Origin: Bdellovibrionales bacterium
Lineage (GTDB): Bacteria; Bdellovibrionota; Bdellovibrionia; Bdellovibrionales; UBA1609
Direction: 5' to 3'
Length of the DNA: 64,000 nt
Assembly: GCA_027317865.1 (NCBI GenBank)
Contig: DAHVQG010000002.1
Span: 224,001-288,000 of the forward strand
The notes under the pieces are model-generated. The model was not told where the DNA came from. It did not search any database and worked only from the letters and a program-made list of their open reading frames with translations. The position numbers and the translations under genes were made by a program. Below are positions 20,159 to 31,409 of the stretch, piece after piece (positions within the stretch are counted from its first letter, which is position 1; every line of letters starts with the position of its first letter).

Positions 20159-21316
20159 CTACGGCAGCCCCAGTTGTTTTTTTAATTCGGCGATTCGAAC
20201 TTTGCCAAGTTCCGTTTTTGGAATTTCACGCACAAAATAAACCGATTGAATTTTTGCAACAGGCAACACTTGAACATTAAATTCATTCACAAAAGATTCG
20301 TGTCCGCGAAAGCAATCAAGCGGTAACACGAGCGTAATCTCATGGCCGCGCCTGGCATCTAATGTGGGTAAAATCGCAAAATCGATCGCGCGCCGATGAT
20401 TTGATAAAATACGAAAAAACAATTGCGTGAGCTCGAGCAAGTTGACTGCCTCACCTGAAACTTTCACTATATCGCCAACTCGCCCTTTAGGAGTGAGCCA
20501 AATACGCTCTGGATCGCGCTCGTCAAAACTGAGTTCAGCGCGATCTTTCATGACGTACCACTCCCCTGCCCGCCACAATACGTCAGTCGCTTCGGTTGTA
20601 ATATCCGCACGAACCGAAAACAACGCTGAACTCTGAATTGCCAGCCGGTCATCTTCCATCAGCTTAACCTCTATATGCGGCAAAACACGAAGCTCGGGAT
20701 AAGCGTCACCAGAAAGAGAACTCAGTTCAGCAGTTGCAATTTGCGAACAAACTTCTGTCGCGCCAAAAGTCGGCAAAACCGGAAAACCCAACTCACGAGC
20801 CTGAAAATAAAGCTCTTCAGAAAGAGCCGCACTGCCAACAATAACCGCACGTAGCGAGTGCGGAGCTTTACGGCCTAATTTTACTAAATCAAATACTTGT
20901 GTGGGTACGATAGCCGCCAGCGTCGCCTGCGATTCGTTAACCCAAGAATGAAATTTATCGGCACCCCACTTATCAAAACTTCGATCGATCACCGTTTGAT
21001 GGCCCAAAAACGCACGCGCCAAAATGCTCAACCCGCCCGCATGAAACACCGGAAGAGTTAATATCCACTTGTCATTCATTGTAACGTCAAGATGCCGATT
21101 GACCGCTTCGGCGCCGATCAAAATCGCGGTTTTTTTTAAACCATATAAAGTAATCGAGCCAATTGATGTCGTGCCCGAAGAGCCCAACCAAATAACGCCG
21201 CCCATTTTAGGCAGGCGATCCAGATGAACCCGCGATTTCAGTTCCGCCGGCAAACGTGGGTTGAGCAGAACGTATGATTCAGAAGAGGACCAGTCAATTA
21301 GCTGAGCTCGATCCAC
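20159..21316 (-). CDS. menE: o-succinylbenzoate-CoA ligase
   Basis: SSGTTS AMP-binding motif, LPVFHAGG, IVPTQ, FGATE.CSQ, PKTELGK; start set at GTG 21316. Confidence 0.85.
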   Translation of the reverse strand: MDRAQLIDWSSSESYVLLNPRLPAELKSRVHLDRLPKMGGVIWLGSSGTTSIGSITLYGLKKTAILIGAEAVNRHLDVTMNDKWILTLPVFHAGGLSILARAFLGHQTVIDRSFDKWGADKFHSWVNESQATLAAIVPTQVFDLVKLGRKAPHSLRAVIVGSAALSEELYFQARELGFPVLPTFGATEVCSQIATAELSSLSGDAYPELRVLPHIEVKLMEDDRLAIQSSALFSVRADITTEATDVLWRAGEWYVMKDRAELSFDERDPERIWLTPKGRVGDIVKVSGEAVNLLELTQLFFRILSNHRRAIDFAILPTLDARRGHEITLVLPLDCFRGHESFVNEFNVQVLPVAKIQSVYFVREIPKTELGKVRIAELKKQLGLP

Positions 21317-22311
21317 TTTTGACTCTCCAAAAGACGATCGAAACCAAATCCGTGCCCGTCCGGCGGCACAATGTGCGGACCGTCGTTTTTTATCGCCTCT
21401 TGAAATGTCGGCGATTGATAAACGTCGTGTTGCTGCAACCCACACGAAAGAAGTCTTTCACCAAGAAGCGGCGCCACCTTCTGCGCGCTGTAGTAGGCCG
21501 CCATCTGCCCGAGCGGGAAGTCCAAATATTGCGTGACCACGAACTTTTTCTTTTGATTATGTTCCGAGCGTACAATTTGCATTTCATCTTCAACGGCCGG
21601 TTTGACGATCAAAATACTGGCACCCTCGGCGGCGAGTTTTACTTGAAGTGGCGCAAAATCAAGAGCTAGTGGAATATTCCAATGCTCGCTGACTTCACGC
21701 CATTCTCGATGATCATAGGCAAACGGATCTTCAAAAAATTCGACCCGCGATCTTAACCACCCTTGATTTTTTTCAAACCAGTAAACAAAACGCTCGCGTC
21801 CGAGACTCATGTTAAAATCAAGCCGAAAACGCAAACGATGGCTCGAACGCGCGCACAGTTGGTCAAGCCGCTCGGTCTCCGCTTGTAAATCCCAACCCAT
21901 TTTTACTTTAATCTCGGTATAGCCGGCGGCTTCGAGTTGGGCGACTCGCACCAGATCAAACCGCAAAATATCGTGAATTAAAAAATGATTCTTTATTCGC
22001 ACACACTCAGTCCCCGTTCGATTTGAATCTTCGTCAAAAAGACTGCGCTCCTCGCTTCGAGCAACCGCATCGATTCGGGCAAAATGAAGAGAGCGCTCTC
22101 CAATCGCGCTTGGATTAAGTCCGACTAAATCTTTAAGTTCGCGCTCAAGGGGACGGTCACCCATTTCAGCAAACGGGCATAAATCGCTAAAGCCTGTTTT
22201 ACCGTCGTCAAAGCGCACTCGCAAAATTGCGCCGTTACGAAACTTCGTTTTGGCGCGGCTGTTAATCACGCTTCGCGGGACGAGTTGATATGATGAATAC
22301 CAAATTTTCAT
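21298..22311 (-). CDS. menC: o-succinylbenzoate synthase
   Basis: Enolase superfamily IKVKMG, RLDFN, FFEDP, LALD, VKP; men context. Confidence 0.85.
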   Translation of the reverse strand: MKIWYSSYQLVPRSVINSRAKTKFRNGAILRVRFDDGKTGFSDLCPFAEMGDRPLERELKDLVGLNPSAIGERSLHFARIDAVARSEERSLFDEDSNRTGTECVRIKNHFLIHDILRFDLVRVAQLEAAGYTEIKVKMGWDLQAETERLDQLCARSSHRLRFRLDFNMSLGRERFVYWFEKNQGWLRSRVEFFEDPFAYDHREWREVSEHWNIPLALDFAPLQVKLAAEGASILIVKPAVEDEMQIVRSEHNQKKKFVVTQYLDFPLGQMAAYYSAQKVAPLLGERLLSCGLQQHDVYQSPTFQEAIKNDGPHIVPPDGHGFGFDRLLESQKWIELS

Positions 22312-23204
22312 TTGGTTAAGAATATTAGCGAAAGAATAGCACCATAGCCAGCATGGAGTGCCGCTGCATGCGCTAAATATTGATTATATGCCTCAGAAGG
22401 CTCCGTAGCATACACTTCGCGCACAATTTTAAGCGCAAGTGGTAGAAGCACAAAGGGAGCCAACATCAAAAATCCCGGCCACATCTTCATCCAATAAACC
22501 TGCAACGCGAAAGGCAAAAAGGTGAGTACCAAAATTTCAGCACGGGCAAATTTGACACCAAAGCGAACGGCTAAAGTTTTCTTCTGAACTTTTTCGTCTT
22601 GATGAACGTCGCGCAAATTATTAATGGCAATCAAAACTGTCGAAAGAAAACCGATTTGTAAGCCCAGAATAAGTGCTGAAAAACTATAGGTGCCGGTTTG
22701 CAAGAAAAATACGCCCCCCACGGCGATGAGACCAAAAAATAAAATCACAAAAAGATCGCCGAGCCCCAAGTAAGCAAGTGGAAATGGCCCTCCGGTATAA
22801 CTGTATGCCATTAATATTGATACGATGCCGATAGCTAAAATATAAGAACCCCCATGCGCGACGAGCGGAATACCCGCGGCAACCGCTATGGCGATCATGA
22901 CCGCAGCGGCTTGGCGCACGCGAACGCGGGAGACAAGTTGACTTTGCGTCACGCGCTGAGGACCAATGCGTTCGTGTGTGTCAGCACCTTTTTCAAAATC
23001 CAAATAATCGTTAATAAAATTAGTCGCAATTTGAATAGCCAATGCCGAGATCAGTGCAAATAAAAAAATCCAAAGCAAAAAGGGCGCCGTCGTTTTAGCA
23101 AGAGCTGTCGCCACCACTACGGGCACAATCGCTGCCGTCAGAGTTTTCGGCCGGCTCGCTTGCAACCAGACTTTGCCACTTTTCGCTATCGCATCTAAAC
23201 GCAT
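22308..23204 (-). CDS. menA: DHNA polyprenyltransferase
   Basis: RPKTL, NDYLDFEKGAD, YTGGPFPLAY.GLG, NNLRD...D....K.TLAVRFG. Confidence 0.95.
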   Translation of the reverse strand: MRLDAIAKSGKVWLQASRPKTLTAAIVPVVVATALAKTTAPFLLWIFLFALISALAIQIATNFINDYLDFEKGADTHERIGPQRVTQSQLVSRVRVRQAAAVMIAIAVAAGIPLVAHGGSYILAIGIVSILMAYSYTGGPFPLAYLGLGDLFVILFFGLIAVGGVFFLQTGTYSFSALILGLQIGFLSTVLIAINNLRDVHQDEKVQKKTLAVRFGVKFARAEILVLTFLPFALQVYWMKMWPGFLMLAPFVLLPLALKIVREVYATEPSEAYNQYLAHAAALHAGYGAILSLIFLTK

Positions 23205-23211
23205 GTCGGCT

Positions 23212-24042
23212 CTATGGGAGTCGCGGGAATTTTCTAAAGTCGGGCTTGCGTTTTTCAACAAAGGCATTCTTACCTTCTTTAGCTTCTTCTGAAAGGTAGT
23301 ACAATAACGTGGCATTCCCGGCAAAATCGAGAAGACCCATCTGACCGTCACAATCGGCGTTCATCGCGGACTTCAAACAACGAAGTGCCATTGGCGACAA
23401 CGCCATCATTTCGCGACACCATTTGAGGGTTTCTGTTTCAAGATTTTCGTAGGGCACAACCGTGTTGACAAGACCCATATCAAGGGCTTCTTTGGCGCCG
23501 TATTGCCGACACAAAAACCAAATCTCCCGGGCCTTTTTTTGACCCACAATGCGGGAGAGGTAACTTGAGCCAAGCCCTCCGTCAAAACTGCCAACTCGCG
23601 GACCCGTTTGACCAAAGCGCGCATTGTCGGCGGCAATTGTTAAATCGCAGACCACATGCAAAACATGGCCTCCGCCAATTGCGTAACCTGCGACCATAGC
23701 AACAACAGGCTTTGGTAAATAACGAATCATTTTTTGTAAATCTAAAACATTGAGCCGCGGCACGCCGTCATCTCCGACATATCCACCGTTGCCGCGAACT
23801 CGTTGATCGCCACCTGAGCAAAAAGCTTCGCGGCCTTCGCCAGTTAATATGACCACCCCCACTCCCGAATCATCGCGACAAATTGCAAATGCGTCTTTCA
23901 TTTCTTCAACGGTCAACGGGCGAAATGCATTGCGGACTTCGGGACGATTAATAGTAACTTTCGCAATCCCATCTTCAGTTCGTTCGAATTTGATATCGGT
24001 ATATTTTTTGACTGGTGTCCAAGTCTGCACGATGCCCTCCAT
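23212..24042 (-). CDS. menB: 1,4-dihydroxy-2-naphthoyl-CoA synthase
   Basis: [37 protein letters not shown]. Confidence 0.98.
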   Translation of the reverse strand: MEGIVQTWTPVKKYTDIKFERTEDGIAKVTINRPEVRNAFRPLTVEEMKDAFAICRDDSGVGVVILTGEGREAFCSGGDQRVRGNGGYVGDDGVPRLNVLDLQKMIRYLPKPVVAMVAGYAIGGGHVLHVVCDLTIAADNARFGQTGPRVGSFDGGLGSSYLSRIVGQKKAREIWFLCRQYGAKEALDMGLVNTVVPYENLETETLKWCREMMALSPMALRCLKSAMNADCDGQMGLLDFAGNATLLYYLSEEAKEGKNAFVEKRKPDFRKFPRLP

Positions 24043-24109
24043 TCACGCGCATAAAAGCGCAATATTATTCTCTATAGCTTATTTCTATAGCTCAGCTTGA
24101 AACACGCTC

Positions 24110-24853
24110 TTACACCAAGTCGAGCTTTTGAACAAGTTGCCGCCCCAACTCTTCGGGATTGTCAAAAATGAGCCGATGCCCGGCATTTTTGATTATGCTC
24201 AAGTCCTCAATAAATCCCGCCGTTTTTAGATCTTCAAACAACTTTCGATAATTTGTGTCGTGTTCGCCCGCAAACCAATGCAGTTTCGGCTTAAGTGCAT
24301 TCAACTTTTCGGGGGCAAAGTCGTGCCGAGCTAGCGACCAGTTCACGAGCGCAAGAGCTAGCCCTTCACGATTCAAATCGCGGTCATCGCGAACCGGGTT
24401 TTTCGAGTGTACAAACACGGGTTGTGCGTTCCAGAGATTTACAACGTCTTGCCAAGGTAATTTAAGAAATTTTTCGGCCCACAACGCATCTGAACTTTGA
24501 CGCGCGATCCTTTGTTCTTCGGAGCGTAAACCAGGATGAGACGAAATCAGAACAACTTCATCCCACAGTCCCGGCTTATCGTAAATTGCCTGCAAAGCAA
24601 GGCGCCCCCCGAGCGAATAGCCCATTAAAATATTGCGCTCAAGATGCCGGTTTTTTTGTGAGTTGTTAAACCGTTTGGCCCATTCAGCCGCGCTTCGTTC
24701 TTTCACATTTGGCATTTTTGAAAAAAGACCGACTGTTTGAAATTTCACTTGAGGCGCAAGTTCTTTAAGCTTTCGTCTCACCGGGCCCCAGTCTTGCGGC
24801 TGCCCTAAAAATCCGTGAATTGCAACAATTCGTGTTGAAACCGGCTCAGACAT
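24110..24853 (-). CDS. menH: SHCHC synthase (alpha/beta hydrolase)
   Basis: HGFLG, GYSLGGR, SHPGL, WNAQPVF, AGH. Confidence 0.88.
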   Translation of the reverse strand: MSEPVSTRIVAIHGFLGQPQDWGPVRRKLKELAPQVKFQTVGLFSKMPNVKERSAAEWAKRFNNSQKNRHLERNILMGYSLGGRLALQAIYDKPGLWDEVVLISSHPGLRSEEQRIARQSSDALWAEKFLKLPWQDVVNLWNAQPVFVHSKNPVRDDRDLNREGLALALVNWSLARHDFAPEKLNALKPKLHWFAGEHDTNYRKLFEDLKTAGFIEDLSIIKNAGHRLIFDNPEELGRQLVQKLDLV

Positions 24854-24856
24854 TAT

Positions 24857-26485
24857 TCACCCTTGAGTCGCGGAGCGACTCCACTGCCGCCAAAATTCTG
24901 CGCTTTCTGTTTCATCCGATAAAAGTTCAATTATCGTACGCTGGCCGAGGTTCGAAAAAACCCGCTCGGCGAATACGTTCGCGCACCGCAAATATTCAAA
25001 ACCAAACATTTCAGCCCAATGAGAAAACGCAAAACGATGTGAGTTCAGAAATTTATCACTTCGAAAAAGCCGCGAAAAAATCTGCCCGCCGTAATTGTTA
25101 ATGACAACAATTCGAAGCTTTTCGTCGGGGCTTGCGATGGCCAACGCATTGAGATCGTAAAGCGCGCTTAAATCGCCAAGAATAAGCCAACTTTCTTTCT
25201 TTGCTGTGGTGGCCACACCCAAAAATGTACTGATGAGGCCATCTATACCATTAGCTCCGCGATTGGCGAAAATTTCTGGATGAGCAACCTCATAGGATGC
25301 GGCAAGATCCCATTCGCGGATGGGCAGACTATTACCCAAGAAAACCAATGCTGTTGACGGTATCAACTCACTTAGGCGCCTCACCATTGCAACTTCTGAA
25401 TGCTTAAAGTTTGAAATTAAATTTTCGAGCCGGTTCATGCCTTTCTCATCGTCTTGCAATGCATTTTCGCGCGAGACATCGTCGGCATGTTGTCGAGTTA
25501 TTGTCTCGCGGCTTTGAAAGCTAAAAAAACTTGCAAAATTAATTGCCGGCGTCTTTTCGCGTGCCAAACCCGAAAACGGCAAATCATGAACTGACAGAAC
25601 CGGAACATGCTGCAAACTTAAATCAAGATCGCGCCACAAACGGAACGTTGGAACAGAACCCATGCGCAAAACACCGTCAAATGAACGTTCGAATTCTTTG
25701 GCACTTAGGCCGTCTGAACCGGACCGTAGTTTTAAGTGAGCAAGCCGAGGGTCTTCTCTAATCCCCGATGGCGCTTCAAGGTAAACCGGCGCTTTTAACG
25801 ATAATAAAAACTCCAGCGTCGCGCCTCTAGTTTGCGGCAAAAGGCCGCCAACGATGACTAGCGGTCTTTTCACATGAGAAAAAAATCGCTCAATCCGAGA
25901 AGACTCGATATCGCTTAGATTATTTTCACATGGGCCGGCCACACTTTTCGCCTGGTTCAATTTTTGTCGGCCATAAGAAAAGTCCAGGGTTTCAACCGAT
26001 CCGTCAATCAACGGTTCAGAGAAGCAAATATTTATGTGTGTTACACCCGCTTGCGCGATATTAAGCGTGGCAAAATCAAATGGCGCTTCGATGTCATATA
26101 CGATTTTTGTGTACGCCGAAAAAATTCCAACCTGTTCAATTGCTTGAGGAGCTGCCGAACCACGATATGCGCGTGGTCGGTCGGCTGTAATTAAAACCAA
26201 CGGTTGACCTGAGTAATAAGCTTCAATAACCGCCGGTAATAATTCGGCAACAGCTGTACCGGACGTTGTAATGACGGCCGCCGCTTCGCCACTTTGCTTA
26301 GCCATTCCCAACGCAAAAAAACCGGCGGATCGTTCATCAAAAAAACTTTTCTGAAATATCCCGCGGGAGTGATCCAGAACTTCTATGAGTGGGGCATTTC
26401 TCGCTCCTGCACAAAAACAAAACCGACTCACGCCAATCGACACAAGTCTTTCAATTAAAACTTGCGCCATTTCAATATTTTTCAT
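24857..26485 (-). CDS. menD: SEPHCHC synthase
   Basis: GARNAPL, DERSAGF, TTSGTA, TADRP, NRGANGIDG, GDLS..YD, NNYGG.IF. Confidence 0.96.
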   Translation of the reverse strand: MKNIEMAQVLIERLVSIGVSRFCFCAGARNAPLIEVLDHSRGIFQKSFFDERSAGFFALGMAKQSGEAAAVITTSGTAVAELLPAVIEAYYSGQPLVLITADRPRAYRGSAAPQAIEQVGIFSAYTKIVYDIEAPFDFATLNIAQAGVTHINICFSEPLIDGSVETLDFSYGRQKLNQAKSVAGPCENNLSDIESSRIERFFSHVKRPLVIVGGLLPQTRGATLEFLLSLKAPVYLEAPSGIREDPRLAHLKLRSGSDGLSAKEFERSFDGVLRMGSVPTFRLWRDLDLSLQHVPVLSVHDLPFSGLAREKTPAINFASFFSFQSRETITRQHADDVSRENALQDDEKGMNRLENLISNFKHSEVAMVRRLSELIPSTALVFLGNSLPIREWDLAASYEVAHPEIFANRGANGIDGLISTFLGVATTAKKESWLILGDLSALYDLNALAIASPDEKLRIVVINNYGGQIFSRLFRSDKFLNSHRFAFSHWAEMFGFEYLRCANVFAERVFSNLGQRTIIELLSDETESAEFWRQWSRSATQG

Positions 26486-26506
26486 TTGAAGCCCCAAAGC
26501 ATAACC

Positions 26507-27604
26507 TCACAGGCCCAGCAACGCGCGCACAGAATTGCGCTTAATTTCAAGTTCTTGCCACTCATTTTCAAACTGGCTTTGTTCCACCACGCCGCAGCCC
26601 GTTCCCAACAAAAGCTCATCGCCACGCCACTGGATATTGCGTATAGCAACTAGCGCCTGGGAACTCCCTGCAGATTGGAGAAACCCAAACGGTGCGCCAA
26701 ATCTTAAGCGATTTTCTGTTCCATCGCATTTTTTCAAAAACCGCCAATCGGCATTATTGGGTGAAACCCCGAGCGCAGCTGTGGGATGCAAAAGCGCACA
26801 CATTTCAGTAAACGAATTTTCTGCAGTCGGCGGCCGGTCGAATTCTACGCTGATATCCGTTCGAAGGTGCGATATGGGGCCCAAATCCCAGACATAAGTG
26901 GGCGAAACTTTAAGGTCGCCAAACGGCTTTAATTTTTCTTTTAGACCTTTAATGACGAGATCGTGCTCAAACATTTCTTTCGGATCATTGACCAGCGATT
27001 TAGTCGCCTCAAGCGCCGAAGAACGTGTGCCCGCAAGAGCCATTGTTTCGAGTACGCCTTCACGGACGTTATAGTTGAACAGTTTTTCGGGAGTTGCGCC
27101 TAAAACACCTTCTTCAGGAGTCCAGAACCCATACGGTATTGGTTTTTTCGCCTGTAAAAGCAGGCTGCGGATGGCTTTGGCGCGCATCGAGGCCGTGAGA
27201 GTCACTTTCGCGTGGGCAAATACGACTGGTACAGCTTTTCGAATTATGTTTTGCCGAATTGCATTTTGTACGAGTTCAAATTTTTCTGCAAATTCCGAAC
27301 GCCCGGGGGGCTGCCAACGAATGTCAAGCTGCGGTTGATTTGAAAATTCAGAAAGTAACGTGGCTAAGTGGTCACGACGGGTGATTGCCATATTTTCAAA
27401 CCGAGCCCACGGTTTTGCATCCTCAAGATAAAAATCGGGCACGTAAAATGCGGCATCGTTACTGTTAGGAGTGTTACTGTTTGCCAAGTTAAACCGCTCG
27501 GGTTCACCCCAAGCCACAAGACACTTTTCAAGTCCAAGCCCCAAAAGCGCTCCAAACCGTAAAAACAAGCCCGCTTCTGAAATTGTTAGGTCTCGGTTCG
27601 TCAT
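26507..27604 (-). CDS. menF: Isochorismate synthase
   Basis: GATPE, ALAGT, KE..EH, HLRT, LHPTAALG, AIR, G.GVV..S....EW.E...K. Confidence 0.85.
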   Translation of the reverse strand: MTNRDLTISEAGLFLRFGALLGLGLEKCLVAWGEPERFNLANSNTPNSNDAAFYVPDFYLEDAKPWARFENMAITRRDHLATLLSEFSNQPQLDIRWQPPGRSEFAEKFELVQNAIRQNIIRKAVPVVFAHAKVTLTASMRAKAIRSLLLQAKKPIPYGFWTPEEGVLGATPEKLFNYNVREGVLETMALAGTRSSALEATKSLVNDPKEMFEHDLVIKGLKEKLKPFGDLKVSPTYVWDLGPISHLRTDISVEFDRPPTAENSFTEMCALLHPTAALGVSPNNADWRFLKKCDGTENRLRFGAPFGFLQSAGSSQALVAIRNIQWRGDELLLGTGCGVVEQSQFENEWQELEIKRNSVRALLGL

Positions 27605-27702
27605 TCGATCCTCATTTGCGCGATGCGACGCACAACTTGCGGGTATTTCATAGCTGAAAAAGAATAGAGAAGTAAGAACTTTTGCGCTATCTTCCACCGA
27701 AA

Positions 27703-28506
27703 ATGAGTCAAGACACAAAACCGATCCGCGTGGGCGGAGTTGAAATTGGGGGCTCTGCCTTCGTTGTAATGGCCGGACCATGTTCCGTTGAGTCCTTGCC
27801 GCAATTTGCGCAGACAGCCGACGTTGTTAAAAAGGCGGGTGCCGTCATTTTGCGCGGCGGAATGTTCAAGTTGCGCACAAATCCCGACAGCTTTCAGGGA
27901 ATGGGACAAGATGCGTTTTCGATCGTTCGTGAAGTCAAAGCGCGTACTGGGCTACAATTTGTTTCTGAAATCACAGATCCAAGACAGGTCAGCGATTTCA
28001 CGGGACTCGTTGATATGTTTCAAGTCGGGTCCCGCAACATGCATAATTACGCTCTTCTAAAGGAACTGGGACAAGTTCAAACGCCCGTCTTACTTAAACG
28101 CGGATTTTCGGGCTTGATTAGTGAATGGTTACAATCAGCCGAATACATTATCAAATATGGCAACCCAAACGTTGTTTTGTGCGAGCGTGGTATTCGCACT
28201 TTTGAAACCGCAACTCGTAACACGTTTGATCTCAACGCTATTGCGTATGTGAAAGAACATACGAGTTTTCCGGTCATTGCTGACCCCTCACACGCAACAG
28301 GCGCCGCATCTCTTGTCACTCCAATGGCGCTCGCGGCGGCCGCGGCCGGTGCAGACGGAATAATTGTTGAAGTGCACCCCGATCCAACAATTGCGCTATC
28401 CGACGGATTTCAAGCGCTGACACCTGATATGTTTCGAAATTTGATGGCCCGACTTGAACGAGTTCTTGCGGCGCTCGATCGCGGCTTGGCGAAAGTGAAT
28501 TCATGA
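27703..28506 (+). CDS. aroF: DAHP synthase, type I-beta, no N-terminal regulatory domain
   Basis: [50 protein letters not shown]. Confidence 0.93.
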   Translation: MSQDTKPIRVGGVEIGGSAFVVMAGPCSVESLPQFAQTADVVKKAGAVILRGGMFKLRTNPDSFQGMGQDAFSIVREVKARTGLQFVSEITDPRQVSDFTGLVDMFQVGSRNMHNYALLKELGQVQTPVLLKRGFSGLISEWLQSAEYIIKYGNPNVVLCERGIRTFETATRNTFDLNAIAYVKEHTSFPVIADPSHATGAASLVTPMALAAAAAGADGIIVEVHPDPTIALSDGFQALTPDMFRNLMARLERVLAALDRGLAKVNS

Positions 28507-29258
28507 AAACAGAGTCTATGAACTCCGCTGGGTTCATCCGAACGGGACCGGCTTCTGACGAAATTAAAAATCTATTTTCGTCAATTGCAAGCAAGTACGA
28601 CTTGGCAAACGACATTATTACGTTTGGAATGGCCCGCCGCTGGCGCCGCAATCTAGTTCGATGGAGCAGCGAAGGTTTGTCAGCGATTCAACGCGTTCTT
28701 GATTGCGCGACTGGTACCGGAGATATCGCGTTTGAGTTTGCGCGCACTTTTCAAAACGCTGAAGTCATAGGTTGTGATTTTTGTGAACCGATGCTTAAGG
28801 TTGCAAGCAATAAAATAACCCGGAAATTTACCGACGCCGCTGAACACATTCGATTTGAGCTCGCCGATACGATGTCACTCCCTTATAGAGACGCGCAATT
28901 TGACGTTTCGTCGATTGCCTATGGCATTCGAAATGTAAAAGATGTCCCGCAAGCCCTAGCAGAAATGGCGCGAGTCACTCGACCCGGCGGTTACGTGATG
29001 ATCCTTGAAACAGGCGTTGTCGAAAATAGATTCTTGCGCGCCTTTGTGCATTTACACTTTCAAGCCGTTGTCCCCTTTTTAGGCGGCCTCATTTCAGGGC
29101 GACAATCCGCCTACCAATACCTGCAAAAATCATCGAGTGAATTCCCATCGGGAGATACATTCTGCGATGTTCTTCGTTCTGTTAACCGGTTTTCAAAAGT
29201 GGAATATCGACCGCTTTTGGGCGGCGCAAGTTACATTTATCGCGCACAAGTTCGTTAA
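28503..29258 (+). CDS. menG: Demethylmenaquinone methyltransferase
   Basis: [36 protein letters not shown]. Confidence 0.92.
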   Translation: MKTESMNSAGFIRTGPASDEIKNLFSSIASKYDLANDIITFGMARRWRRNLVRWSSEGLSAIQRVLDCATGTGDIAFEFARTFQNAEVIGCDFCEPMLKVASNKITRKFTDAAEHIRFELADTMSLPYRDAQFDVSSIAYGIRNVKDVPQALAEMARVTRPGGYVMILETGVVENRFLRAFVHLHFQAVVPFLGGLISGRQSAYQYLQKSSSEFPSGDTFCDVLRSVNRFSKVEYRPLLGGASYIYRAQVR

Positions 29259-29713
29259 TGCGGTCGTTCGCCGCGATTGATTGAATAACGATATTCAATA
29301 TAGGCGCCCAATAGCTTATCTCGCGAATTTATGTTCGGAGAGTTAAGCTCTCCGTCTAGTTTCGCTAATATTTTTGCCGCGCCATTATCGAACAGCGCGA
29401 ACCGAAAAAGAAGATCAACCGCGTGCTTCGATTGATCAAGACCATCTCCGATCACATTTTTTTCAGCAATTCGCGCCAGAACATTCACCATATCTTCATC
29501 TGGAATTTGAAACTTAATGCAAAACCGCGCCTTTTTAGCCCAATCCTTGGGAATTATAATATTCGTATTCACCGGCCTTTCTTCCGGCGCATCTTCGATT
29601 GGGATCTCACGCACCAAAGTCGCTCCGCAACCTTCGGCATAGACGGTCGTGCGTATTCCAATGAATGTCATAAGTGCAATCGCAAGAATCATCATTTTTC
29701 GATAAATTTGCAT
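29255..29713 (-). CDS. Hypothetical secreted protein
   Basis: 152-aa ORF with signal peptide ending VYA. Confidence 0.55.
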   Translation of the reverse strand: MQIYRKMMILAIALMTFIGIRTTVYAEGCGATLVREIPIEDAPEERPVNTNIIIPKDWAKKARFCIKFQIPDEDMVNVLARIAEKNVIGDGLDQSKHAVDLLFRFALFDNGAAKILAKLDGELNSPNINSRDKLLGAYIEYRYSINRGERPH

Positions 29714-29895
29714 CGGTACAATTATAATCGGCGCATCTATTTAGAAAAAATGAAATCCGTGAATTTGAAATATTTTATTGTTTGTACAATTTCATGGCGT
29801 TAAACGACGTGTTCACAATTTTGACAGCCATGAATCTATTTCGCGTTGATCATTAAATTCTTGTGGAGAAGCCGAATTTCCTTACAATTGTCGCC

Positions 29896-30408
29896 ATGAA
29901 AAAATCAATTATTTTGAGTGCCCTACTGTTGTCTTTCACATGTTTTTCAAATTCTTCTGCGATTGCAGCCGCACCGATTGTTTCTAGTTTGCCGAGTGGT
30001 TCTATAGAAGGCGCCATCGAAAAGAGCGGATGCAATATCTCTGGTTCACCGTGTGTTTTGCCCGGTGATCGTGTGAAAAATGTAAAAATGGAGAATGGTT
30101 TTATTTCGGCGCAATTTTTAATTAACATCCCTTCGGTTGGCGGTTTTCACGATTGGTTTGCACCCGGTTATAACGAGAAAGTTTGGGCTAAAAAATATGC
30201 CGGCCAATTTATTAAAAACCTGTGCCAAGCTTTTGCCGGAGAGCCCCAAGTACCAATGATAAAAATCTTGAAAACCAATGATTGCTGCGGAAGCGGTTCG
30301 TTTTCTGTCAGCGACTACCCGATTGATCATGTTACGAGTTACAGTTCAGACTCATTTAATTTTACAATGAAAGCGGCGGTTCGGTGCTTACGCGAGAACA
30401 GTAATTAG
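29896..30408 (+). CDS. Hypothetical secreted Cys-containing protein
   Basis: Signal peptide MKKSIILSALLLSFTCFSNSSA. Confidence 0.55.
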   Translation: MKKSIILSALLLSFTCFSNSSAIAAAPIVSSLPSGSIEGAIEKSGCNISGSPCVLPGDRVKNVKMENGFISAQFLINIPSVGGFHDWFAPGYNEKVWAKKYAGQFIKNLCQAFAGEPQVPMIKILKTNDCCGSGSFSVSDYPIDHVTSYSSDSFNFTMKAAVRCLRENSN

Positions 30409-31409
30409 TTTCGATCGAGGCGGCGCCATAAAATATGGTCGGCCAAAACGAGATGAGCCATGGCTTCGATAACGGGCAAAGCTCGGAATAAAATGCATGG
30501 ATCATGACGGCCACGCTTTGCAATATCTAAAATTGATGACGTCGGCTTGAATGCGACTTTTAGCGAAATCAATTCCCCCGTTGAAATGCCCCCACGAATA
30601 CCCCCATAAACAGACTCATCGCTGATTACGTGGACTTCTTTTCCGTGTTTTGACGCGAGTGAAAATCCGCCGCCCAATTCGACACCCGTAACGGCGCCGA
30701 TAGACATCATGGCGCCCGCTAAATCTGATTTCAGTTTATGAAAAACTGGCTGGCCAAGACCACCCGGTGCATTTTCAATCTGTAATTCAGCTATTCCACC
30801 TACGCTGTCACCTTCTTCACGCAACTTGGTCATCATAGTTGCAACGTCATTCCACCGGCCTTCATTTATATAAAAGCGTGCGCTATCACTTAGGCATAGA
30901 TCTGAGTCTACTATCGCAATCTCACCGATTTGCCTCGGCAATGCATGAACAATCAGTTCAGGCGCCACATCGCTCAAAAACATTTGCGCAAATGCCCCAC
31001 CGATAACGCGCGCCAAAGTCTCGCGACCTGACGCACGTCCACCCCCGCGATGATCGACATAATCAAACTTCATTTTCCAAACATCGTCGGCATGCCCCCG
31101 CCGTGGCTCAGTCTTTATTTTCTCGTAATCGATTGATTTTGCATCGTGATTACGAACGATCACGACAATCGGCGTGCCTAGAGTTTTGTGGTCAAAAACT
31201 CCGCTTAAAATCTCGAAATCATCCGATTCATTTCGCGACGAGGTAACCAAATGCTGACCGGGCCGACGGCGTTTGAGCGCACTTTGTAATATTGAAGGAT
31301 CAAACGTTACACCAGACGGACACCCTTCAATAATCGCCCCCAGCGCTGGACCGTGGCTTTCACCAAAGCTCGTAATTTGAAAAAGATGGCCGAATCGATT
31401 TGCACTCAT
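30405..31409 (-). CDS. aroC: Chorismate synthase
   Basis: FGESHG, RRRPG, GGGRASGRET, GGIRGGISTG, KPTSS, GRHDPC. Confidence 0.97.
   Translation of the reverse strand: MSANRFGHLFQITSFGESHGPALGAIIEGCPSGVTFDPSILQSALKRRRPGQHLVTSSRNESDDFEILSGVFDHKTLGTPIVVIVRNHDAKSIDYEKIKTEPRRGHADDVWKMKFDYVDHRGGGRASGRETLARVIGGAFAQMFLSDVAPELIVHALPRQIGEIAIVDSDLCLSDSARFYINEGRWNDVATMMTKLREEGDSVGGIAELQIENAPGGLGQPVFHKLKSDLAGAMMSIGAVTGVELGGGFSLASKHGKEVHVISDESVYGGIRGGISTGELISLKVAFKPTSSILDIAKRGRHDPCILFRALPVIEAMAHLVLADHILWRRLDRN

Noticed and set aside
24070-24092. Short direct repeat TCTATAGCT x2 between menH and menB
   Set aside because: Too short to distinguish from chance; no supporting context
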